A DNA stretch of 64,000 bases from Octopus sinensis (taxonomy: Eukaryota), in contig NC_042997.1 in NCBI RefSeq assembly GCF_006345805.1, forward strand, positions 25,482,001 to 25,546,000, written 5' to 3'. Below are positions 53,191 to 64,000 of the stretch, one piece after another; the stretch's first letter is position 1, and every line of letters starts with the position of its first letter. The position numbers and the translations under genes were made by a program. The notes below the pieces were generated by a model. The model ran no database searches. It had not been told where the DNA came from and saw nothing but the letters and a program-made list of their open reading frames with translations.

Positions 53191-53515
53191 ATATATAAAA
53201 AGGAAATGAAGAAAATGCTGACAAAATAATTTAAGTAATTAAGTAATTTAATTAGGTGATAGTTCTTTTTACCGGTTGCGCTGTTATGCTTATCAAAATA
53301 TATTTTTTAAGAGAGATTAGAGTTCCTTTTCTGATAGATTTTTTCCTCTTCCAGATAAGAGGAAAAAATCTATCAGAAAAGGAACTCTAATCTCTCTTTA
53401 AAAAATATATTTGTGATAAGCATAACAAATGCGCAACCGGTAAAAAGAACTATCACCTAATTAAATTACTTAAATTACTTAAATTATTTTGTCAGCATTT
53501 TCTTCATTTCCTTTT

Positions 53516-53525
<10 letters not shown>
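53191..53525. repeat. Long near-perfect palindrome (~160-bp arms, 6-nt loop at 53351-53356)
   Basis: ...ctgatagattttttcctctt-ccagat-aagaggaaaaaatctatcag...; arms pair out to aaaaaggaaatgaagaaaatgctgacaaaa / ttttgtcagcattttcttcatttccttttt. Confidence 0.95.
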
Positions 53526-53547
<22 letters not shown>

Positions 53548-54557
53548 TGTACCAGCTGTTGACATCCGCGTAGTGGAATTGAAACCACGGCATCGATATT
53601 ACAGTGCAAACCTCGTCACTAAAACTACGTGTTTATGTACGTGCCAATGTGAATGTGTGGGCGCACGCATATCTGTGTATAACGATTTACAGTTTATGTA
53701 TACAGAGAGAGGGTGAGAGAAAGAGAGAGAGATACATATACACACACTTACATACATACTCAAACATATATATATATATATATATATGTGGCTATATGCA
53801 TATACCTATGTAGACATACACACATGCACACACACACACATGTTGACATACATATTACACGTGCGTGTGTTTATGTCCTCATCTCGATGAGGGTCACGAT
53901 TCGATGAGGCAGTACTTACATAGGACTTCCATTTTGAACGAAATAATTATAAACATAAACATATTAATTTACATTCCATATATTAGTCTCTTTATAGTAT
54001 GACAGATTTTCTTAAAATGTTGATTAAGATAGCCATGATACCGTACAGATTTCACGACTAAGAACTTACAGATATTACTTCTTGTTTAGTGTTTTAGTTA
54101 ATGCATCGATTATTTGTACTGGATTGCTCTTATTCAATTCTTGTATATTAGCTAATTTTGTAACGCTTTTAAAAAAGCATATAGGTCAATTTCAGTTCGT
54201 ATTTTGGTGTTCTTCCGTTGAAGCGATCGCATGTGTCAAGTTTCAGTCGTGTTAAATGGTATTTGGAAATAAATCATTTCTCTAATTATATCTGCATGTT
54301 TCCACACGCACATGAGCATATTCAAGCAAGTATAAACACAAATGTTGTTTTACGTTCACTAACATGCATGCACGCACTAACACACACACTCTCTCTCTCA
54401 CACACACTCTCTCTCTCTCACACACGCGCACACACACAAACACACGCACGCACACACACACTCACACAAAACATACATATGTATACATGCAGGCAAATTT
54501 TGATATCCCAATTTCATGTCGCAAAAGAATGATGAAAAACTGTAACTTATCCGTTTA

Positions 54558-54594
<37 letters not shown>

Positions 54595-54596
<2 letters not shown>

Positions 54597-54779
54597 CGGG
54601 AAGCTTTATGAAAATAACCAAAGTATAATATAGTATTAGTATGGCGCTCAGGAATATAAATAAAACAAGTCTTTTACGTTTCGAGCCTACGCTCTTCAAC
54701 AGAAAGATACACAGAAAAGAAACATGGAGAGAAACAAGGAGAGAAGAAAATGCGTGCAGATGCTAGCGAATCAACATGG

Positions 54780-54782
<3 letters not shown>
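54595..54782 (-). mobile_element. Family P2 repeat between (TA)n tracts
   Basis: Minus strand tctttctgttgaagagcgtaggctcgaaacgtaaaaga; homologous to 33880-34062. Confidence 0.72.
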
Positions 54783-54867
<85 letters not shown>

Positions 54868-55124
54868 GGAGTTAGAGAGAGAGAGAGATAATGATGCAAG
54901 CTCACCTCCGAAAAGATTTCGGAGTGTAAGTTCAAATTATTTGACCACTATTGAGTGTTATTTTCTTTCTTCGGGGATTTAGTTTCTTGCTTCTGGTTTA
55001 ATTTTATATTATTTTCCTGTGCGCATTAAATACGTTATGCGTTAAGTGATGTTTGAAATACGTATCTGATATGATTATTGTCATGTGTTTTATGGTTGCT
55101 ACTTGAGTTTGCATAGTATAAGAT

Positions 55125-55552
55125 ACTCTTACTTATTTCACTCATTTGACTGTGGCCATGCTGGAGCACCGCCTTTAGACGAACAAATTGACCCCAAGAC
55201 TTATTCATTGTAGTACTTATTCTATCGGTCTCTTTTGCCGAAACGTTAAATTACGAGGTCGTAAACACACCAGCATCGGTTGTCTAGCGATGTCGGGGGA
55301 CAAACACAGACCCACAAACATATACGCACACATACACATATATATATCCATATATACGACAGGCTTCTTTCAGTTTCTGTATACCAAATCCATTCATAAG
55401 GCTTTGATCGACCTGTGGTTATAGTAGAAGATACTTGCCTAAGGTGCCACGCAGTGGGACTGAACCCGGAACCAGGTGGTTGGTAAGCAAGCTATTTACC
55501 ATACAACCACTCCTATGCCTATAGCTACTTACCACACAGCCACTCCTACACC
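55125..55552 (-). mobile_element. SINE family D with a partially duplicated head
   Basis: Family D match; tacca.aca.ccactccta appears twice at 55497-55549. Confidence 0.9.
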
Positions 55553-57655
55553 TAGATGTATAAGTTGTATTATATATGTGGTAGCAAGTACCTCGTGCTT
55601 CAATTATTATTGGTACACTTTTCACTTAGATATGTCTCATTACAATTTCAAGATATTTGTACTTTGCGTTTCCCTCTTTCCTGTATTGCTCAAAAACAGA
55701 AATGCCCTTCAGAATATTTGAAAACTTGGCTCCAGGTTTTGATAATTAAAAAATGGTTTGCTTTTATTCATTTGTCATTCTTCGCTTCCTTACATATTCA
55801 TAGCACTTCTTCTTTGTATTCTACCTTAGTTGATGATCAGTTCACAAGTGATTTAGACCCTTGAATAGGCGTATGCAACCTTATTTAAAATTTTCGTCTA
55901 CAGTCAGGTATGGAAAGACATAAGCAGCAAAACCGGTTAAGACAGAAAAATTCTCCTTCGACCAGTGTATCTCAACCATCTTATGCTTAAAAACATCAAT
56001 CATATTTACTTTTATAATTGAATTGTATAAAAAAAACTTTCTTAGGTACTAAGTATTTTAAAGTATACGTGATTGATTTGGTCAAAGCACTAACATTTTG
56101 TGTCTGCAGAATGAGAACCTAAATGGACTACACAAAAATAATTCTCTTATATAACTTACATGATTTTTCTGTAGTATCTTTTATCCATAAAAAATATTTC
56201 TTTCTAAATCATTAAACGGAAGCTAATAAGAGATAAATAACGATTTTGAATGACTCGGAAAACTAATGATTTAAAATTCAGTATTATATTAAGGACCTAC
56301 CAAAAGTAACGTCAACAGAGATGCACGAAGGGGCCCTGAGAAACATATCTATGTTGCAACGAGATTTGAAGAAGAACTATTTATTTCCAAATAATTTTAG
56401 CACCAGTTAGTACTGAATTGTAATTTCAGAAAATATAGTTCAATTTGACATTGTTTTTTTTTATTTTTTTCCATTTTTACTTTTTTTACTCCTGTAACTG
56501 TAATTCCTTACAAGAATACAAATGCCCAAAGGTTTTATTGATTTTGCAACTATTGTTTGGTTACTTTAGTTTTTATTGTTCTTTGTTATTTTTTCCTTCA
56601 ACGCATTAATCAATTATTCAAGCATCACTAACAAGGTGGTTTTCTCAATTAGATTTCTTCTATTTTGTTTTCTTAAGTCAGATTAAGGTTGGAATATATC
56701 CGGCGTTGTCTCCTGTACATGCCGGAAAAACGAAATTAATAAATGTTGTTGTTATTTAACCCTGAGTCATCCCTGATAATGTAGGCTTCTGATAAAAAGC
56801 TTTCTAGCGATGATTTTACGTTGATTTTCTAGGTATTGTTTATCTAGGACTACGTTATTCGATAAGTCATTATGTAATTTAAAGAAGAGAGTGTAATTCT
56901 AAGGAAAATTTGTTGCTAATCTTAGGAGATGAAACTATTATATAAAGGTCCCACGTTGGCTTTTAATTTATATACATTATTTTAGCGACTGTTTCTGCAA
57001 AGAATCTGAGGCATGGATGAAAACGACTGATAATGAACTCAGAATAAGTCAGAAATATGTCCTGAGTAGTCTCCAAGAATTGGTAAAATATAAATTAATG
57101 ATAATCATGTATTGATATAAGTTATCTTTTTATTTTCCTCGGCATTTATGTTTTAGACGCTTCTGTTATTATGTGGATGTTATAGAGAGTGTATATGTGG
57201 AATTTAGTAACAGTACGCCTATATTGGCATACGTCCGGTCCAATAAAAGATCAGCTACGAAAAGTACTACCGAAACATATATACATACATTCATACACAC
57301 ACACAGCTATTAATTCATTCATATACCGATGTACAAGTTAAGCAGACAGAAGAAGATAACACATTTTATTCGTTATTCTTCTGTCACTCATTCTCTTTCT
57401 CGATATACATAAACATACACTCACTCATACATATGCACTGCAATTAAAATGTATTCAGCCATAGTATAAAGATATATATGCAACCTTAAACAAAACTAGA
57501 ATTTGTAGATATAAATAATATACATGAATATATATGCATAACACCAATCTCAGTCTCTGTTACCCATCTATATCTTTTTAAATACTTCTGACGATCTTCT
57601 CCCTCCATCACACTCTTTTTCTCTCCGCATCTCTCTCTCGTTCTTTTTTATACAC

Positions 57656-57690
<35 letters not shown>

Positions 57691-57912
57691 CACGCTCTCT
57701 CTCTCTCTCTCTGTATGTACGTATGTATATAAATATGAATACAAATTCATGCAAATGTATATACGTAGTACGTATATGTGTATATGTACGTTTGCTAAAA
57801 TATATATATACGAATATATTATACATACATATATACATACTTATAAACGTATATATATGTATATATATATATATATATATACATACAGATACATATATAC
57901 CATATATATATA

Positions 57913-57944
<32 letters not shown>

Positions 57945-57948
<4 letters not shown>

Positions 57949-58136
57949 CATATACATAATATATATAACTATATATATATGTATGTATATATATATGTAT
58001 ACTCCTCGCAGATATATATATGTATATATATATATATCTATATATATATATATATTATATATATATATATTATATATATATATATATTATATATATATAT
58101 ATATATATTATATAATATATATATATATATTATATG

Positions 58137-58171
<35 letters not shown>

Positions 58172-58703
58172 AGACGTGTATATATATATAAGCGAACCAT
58201 TCAGTATGTGCACGTCTTGGAGGTATTCAGGAGCTAAAATGAAATGAGATATGAGAAGCGGACTTTAGCAAGACTGACGCCATCTAGCGACAGTCTCGAC
58301 TTCAACAAACGGATTTCCAGACGAGCTGAGTTTTATTACATCTACTCTCTAAAATAAACGAAAATCTGCCAAAATGGCTAACAACTGTTTTGGCTTTATT
58401 TTTTCTTTTTCGTTTTTTTTTTGTTCTTTTCATTGTTATTATTGATGTTGTTGTTTATCATGTTATTTGTATTGTTCTTGTATATATTTGTTGCGTTTCG
58501 TTATTCTTTTTGCTTATTCGTTGTGTTTTTTTTTTATGCCGATGCGTGTCTTTTACTTGTTGTTGTTGTTTTTGTACTTGCATTTGTTTTATTTTTATAT
58601 GACGAGTGCCTAAGTGTGTTCACGACTACACATACTCCCCGCATAAACGCACAAACTTACAAAAGGGACACTCACATACAAAAATACACTTTGATATACA
58701 TGT

Positions 58704-58737
<34 letters not shown>

Positions 58738-58773
58738 GCATATGTATATATATATATATATTATATATATATA

Positions 58774-58808
<35 letters not shown>

Positions 58809-59023
58809 ACTATATATATATATATATTATATATATATATATATATATAATATATAAATATGTATGCATGTATGTATGTATACATATATAGAAATGCTCT
58901 CCCCTTAGCAGTAATATTTTCTCTCAACATTCAAAAGTATCGCTACGCTAGTTGTTAGTAGATACAAATAATTATAGTTCTACGAAGACTATCATAAATG
59001 CACTTATTGATTAAGTAACATAA

Positions 59024-59063
<40 letters not shown>

Positions 59064-59176
59064 CATACATATACATAATATATATAACTATATATATATG
59101 TATATATATATATGTATACTCCTCGCAGATATATATATGTATATTATATGTATATATATATGTATATATATATATG

Positions 59177-59222
<46 letters not shown>

Positions 59223-59244
59223 ATTATATATATGTATTTATATG

Positions 59245-59277
<33 letters not shown>

Positions 59278-59811
59278 AGACGTGTATATATATATAAGCG
59301 AACCATTCAGTATGTGCACGTCTTGGAGGTATTCAGGAGCTAAAATGAAATGAGATATGAGAAGCGGACTTTAGCAAGACTGACGCCATCTAGCGACAGT
59401 CTCGACTTCAACAAACGGATTTCCAGACGAGCTGAGTTTTATTACATCTACTCTCTAAAATAAACGAAAATCTGCCAAAATGGCTAACAACTGTTTTGGC
59501 TTTATTTTTTCTTTTTCGTTTTTTTTTTGTTCTTTTCATTGTTATTATTGATGTTGTTGTTTATCATGTTATTTGTATTGTTCTTGTATTATATTTGTTG
59601 CGTTTCGTTATTCTTTTTGCTTTATTCGTTGTGTTTTTTTTTTATGCCGATGCGTGTCTTTTACTTGTTGTTGTTGTTTTTGTACTTGCATTTGTTTTAT
59701 TTTTATATGACGAGTGCCTAAGTGTGTTCACGACTACACATACTCCCCGCATAAACGCACAAACTTACAAAAGGGACACTCACATACAAAAATACACTTT
59801 GATATACATGT

Positions 59812-59843
<32 letters not shown>

Positions 59844-59862
59844 GCATATGTATATATATATA

Positions 59863-59916
<54 letters not shown>

Positions 59917-59917
59917 C

Positions 59918-59948
<31 letters not shown>

Positions 59949-60140
59949 AATATGTATGCATGTATGTATGTATACATATATAGAAATGCTCTCCCCTTAG
60001 CAGTAATATTTTCTCTCAAACATTCAAAAGTATCGCTACGCTAGTTGTTAGTAGATACAAATAATTATAGTTCTACGAAGACTATCATAAATGCACTTAT
60101 TGATATAAGTAACATAACCTATATATATATATATATATAT
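57945..60140. repeat. ~1.1-kb tandem duplication, two near-identical units
   Basis: Landmarks repeat about 1.1 kb apart: actcctcgcagat at 58001/59117, tagacgtgta at 58171/59277, aacataacctat at 59017/60111. Confidence 0.95.
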
Positions 60141-60261
60141 ATGTATCTCTCTTTGTGTTTGTTTCCCTCCATATCTATATACATACATGCATACATACAT
60201 ATTTTATATATATATGTATATATATGTATGTATATATATATCATTCTCTTTTCTGTTATCT

Positions 60262-60499
60262 TTTTTACTTGTTTCAGTTATTTGACTGCGTCCATGCTGG
60301 GGCACAACCTTTAGTTGAGCAAATCGACCCTAGGACTTATTCATTGGAAGCCTACTTTTTATTCTATCGGTTTCTTTTGCCGAACCGCTAAGTTACAGGA
60401 ACGTAAACACACCCATCGGTGTCAAGCGATGTTGGGGGGACAAACACAGACACATAAGCATATACACACACATACATAAACACACACACACACACACGC

Positions 60500-60533
<34 letters not shown>

Positions 60534-60707
60534 GCTTATATACGATGGGCTTCTTTCAGTTTCTATCTACCAAATCCACTCACAAGGCTTTGGTCGGCCC
60601 AAGGCAATAATAAAATACACTTGTCCAAGGTGTCACGCAGTGGGAATGAACCCGGATCCATGTGATTGGTAAGCAAGCTATTTACCACACTGCCACTCCT
60701 GCGCCTA
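60262..60707 (-). mobile_element. SINE family D, full length
   Basis: Reverse-complement family D match ending ...ccactcctgcgcctat. Confidence 0.92.
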
Positions 60708-60711
60708 TCGG

Positions 60712-60782
60712 GCCATCGATAACTGAAGAGAAGCCGGCGTCGGTTTCCGCGCCGACATCGAAACTCGGAGTTTTATCATGGC
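60712..60782 (+). ncRNA. Candidate type I hammerhead ribozyme
   Basis: Stem I GCCAT-c-GATAA / TTATC-ATGGC; core CTGAAGA at 60723-60729; stem II closed by GA/TC with distal GTCGG/CCGAC; GAAA at 60760-60763; stem III ACTC-g-GAGT; GUU cleavage triplet. Confidence 0.6.
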
Positions 60783-63700
60783 TACCAAATAATTGTCACT
60801 TTACGGATAAATTCCTCTATATACATAATATTGAGGTCTCTTTCATTATTTTACTGTGTTGCCATTTCTATCAATATATATATGTACATATATAGGCATT
60901 TATACATATATACATACATATTGGATTTTTATTTGTACTCATTGCATCCCTATTTGCTAACTGAACCACAAAATAACTGTTTACAGCTTAAACGAATTTC
61001 GATATGGGAAACATTTACAACCTTCCACGCCGTTAAACTACTATTGTTCCTGAAATTAATTTCATACCTTCTATGGGCTCTTTGAAGATTACTATCTTCC
61101 TACACCAGGATTCTTGGGTCTTACATGGAGATATCATTTTATATATATAATATATAGGTATGTATATATGGGGAGAAAGAGAGAGAAAGACTGGGGCAGG
61201 CATAAAACATGGAAACAGCTTGCATGTGCCACTGCAGTTTGTCGAGAACCCCACATGCCAAACGTTTTCTGGGGTTATCATAAGAGAAATAGCACCGTTC
61301 GAGGTCTCCTTCTCGACCTCCCTCATTCACTAATGAGAGATTCCACTTGCTGTTTCGAACCACTAATTTTTGGCCTCATTTTGGGATCATCACCCCTGCT
61401 GCTAGGGTTCAGCATTTCTTTTCAGCCTTCTCCAATTCCCGGGTCTCTCCACCTTCGCCTGAATATCTGAAGATCACGCTTGCTTGCCAATATTTGACAC
61501 CAGTTGATAGCAGCATACGAATAGATACATACATACATTCATATGTACACAAGTGTGTATTCATGTCTGTTGGTGTTTGCCTGCATGTGTATGTTTAGAT
61601 AAATTCCGGCCGAATTGCCACGGCTAACTTAAAAGCATCACCTGTAAAGAAAACATTTAATGATGCTTCACAATCTTTATTTGAGCAGGGTTACTGTTTG
61701 CAGCAATATATCCGGGCAAATTCTCATGTCGGGACCTTTCAGATGTTAAGAGATTATTCTTCTCTAACGTGTTGACATTATGTTAAAAGAACAGGGTAAG
61801 TTCAGGTGAAATAATTCTGATCTTAGTATTGTGGGATTGCTCGATCATAATCTTCATAGAGGAAGGATGGCACGTGATCCAAATCTAGGATGAATTCTGA
61901 ACCTGATATTAACTTCATTTCGGCAATGCTAGTAGAATATTTCCCGCATCATGCAAATAATATAGCGTTTGCAGTGGCGTTAGAGGGAATACAGATTGAG
62001 CTTTTTCGACCCGATTCCAAAGATCAAAACCTATCACGTTGTGTTTTTTTTTCCTTTTTGTAATATCTGGGGTGGTTCAATTTTTATACTATTTTGTTTT
62101 GTGCAGGAAGACTACAGAGCACAATAGTATCCAAGGATCCAGGCCAGCAAAATGAAGAAGATAAGGAAAATGATTCGATGATATGAGAGGTGAGATTCGT
62201 CAGTAAATCACTGCCAGCAATTTGTTGCACTTTTTGATAACTGGGTTATCGACCGGGATACGAAATAATCGGAAATATAACCAGCGTTCTGTGATTTCGT
62301 CAAGAAAATAGCTACGTTGAATGCCATTTGGTAACGGTGTTGTAGCAAGACTCTAGCGGGGGTACATGTCGGGGCCTGTAGCTGAGTTATTTGTAATATT
62401 TGTTGCAACCAACAGGCCTTGCCCTGTCCCGATGCTAATCACCATACCCAATTCTTTATTCCCAAACACCGACCATCGACCTATTAGAAGCTACTTTACA
62501 CTCACATTGTTCCTGCAAGTGTTGACCTGCATCAGTTTATAACATCAATCACAACAGTCTCGATGTCCTTCTGCAAGGACAAAGTGCTTTACAATTTCCT
62601 CCAGACTCAGCAGACACGCCCGCCCGCACACAAACACGCACATACAAACACATTCAAGTGTGTGTGTTTGTGTGTGTGTGCGTGTTTGGGTGTGCGTGAG
62701 TGTTTTTGCGCGTTCGTATGTGTGTATGAATAGAGAGAAAGAGAGAGAGAGAGAGAAAAACAAACAAACAAAGAGAGAGTGAAACAAAGCGAGAGAGGGA
62801 GAGAGATGATTATACACACAGAGAAATGTGTGATAGAATGGCAACAAAAATACAAATAATTCATAAATTCATATGTATATTCAACACATTCACAATCTGA
62901 AGTATATACACACCGTAACATACACAGATTCCAGCACTATACTGATGTCGATGACTAATATTATATGCCATCGCTTCGATGAAACTTTTCCCAATAACTC
63001 TCAAGTTTTGATTTTACTGCAACACATGTCATAGGTTTCAAAATACTTAAGTAATTTGTATACACAGGGTACCTTAATTTTTATATCATTACAATACACT
63101 TTTTCAGTGGGGTTGAAACAAATTCCACTTGATCATGTTTAAGTTGCTGTTTTTAATTTCATTCTGTATTTTGAAGATCAAATTTCGTTATGATGTTGAT
63201 GAATGTTTCTTTATACTTGGATGTTTCTCGGCTGTGATTGATGTGCAACTTCTTACTGTTGCTGACAGCTATATATATTAGCTAGTTCTCCTATCAGCTA
63301 ATGTGTTCTAAATTTCTCAATATAGAAACCCTTCAGTATTTCATATCATACTTGTTGTACCTCATCGGTTCCTTTTATCTTTTTTGCAGCTTCATTTTCT
63401 GCTCGATAGTTGCAGAAACTTGCGTATATATCGGACTTTTTTTATATTTTGTGTATTGCTTTTTCGTCAATGAGGTAGGGCCTAGTGCTTCACCTGGCGT
63501 TTTACGAAGGATTTTGCTTTCATTTGTTGCTCACCTGGAACTTTGATGTCATTAGTTGAGTCCACCATATTTGAGATATTTATAAGAGAAGTCCGAGTAG
63601 AAGATAATGTCCATTATGTATTATATATGCAAACATCCCAAGTTATGTATTGTATAGTTGGAAGTGACTATTTGAATTTACTGCAAGTCTAAAGACATCT

Positions 63701-64000
63701 GTTCTTTAAATACATATAATTTAATCGTAACTATGATGGAGAGACAACGACAATGATGTCAACTAACTCTCCTCACCACTAGGTCGATAACAATTATTAA
63801 GATAGCGTGTATATCAACAGTGGTGGCAAATGAGTATGTTTTACTACAGGCACCAATTCCTATATCTAATAGTAAAATAGAATAATTTTTGAAATGAATT
63901 GATTGCGGTGTTCAAATATATCAAATTTATATCTTCAACAGCATTAGCAAAATGTTCATTATCCAACAATACAAAATATAATATCAGTTTCAAATTTTGT

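Noticed and set aside
61600-62600. Possible decayed LINE endonuclease on the minus strand
   Set aside because: Only vague motif similarity (GQGLLVA, LDHVP)

Overview
AT-rich, microsatellite-dense animal genomic DNA. The SINE repertoire is most consistent with an octopus (inferred). No intact host protein-coding gene, rRNA, true tRNA or CRISPR can be supported, and nearly all ORFs in the track are translations of (TA)n/(CA)n/(AAT)n tracts or SINEs. The window is a graveyard of mobile elements. It holds four tRNA-derived SINE families (over 25 copies, several with clean target-site duplications) and R4/Dong-clade LINEs, two copies of which sit in (TAA)n tracts. It also has CR1, RTE, CRE-like and Tx1/L1-clade LINE fragments, a decayed mariner transposase, a 100-N gap, several fold-back inverted repeats and a ~1.1-kb tandem duplication. 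Most notable are a type I hammerhead-ribozyme motif with a fully canonical core at 60712-60782, and a family of short Penelope/retrozyme-like repeats, mostly in (TA)n tracts, that carry minimal hammerhead-like folds with non-canonical cores and covarying stem I. All assignments were made by eye and need computational confirmation.
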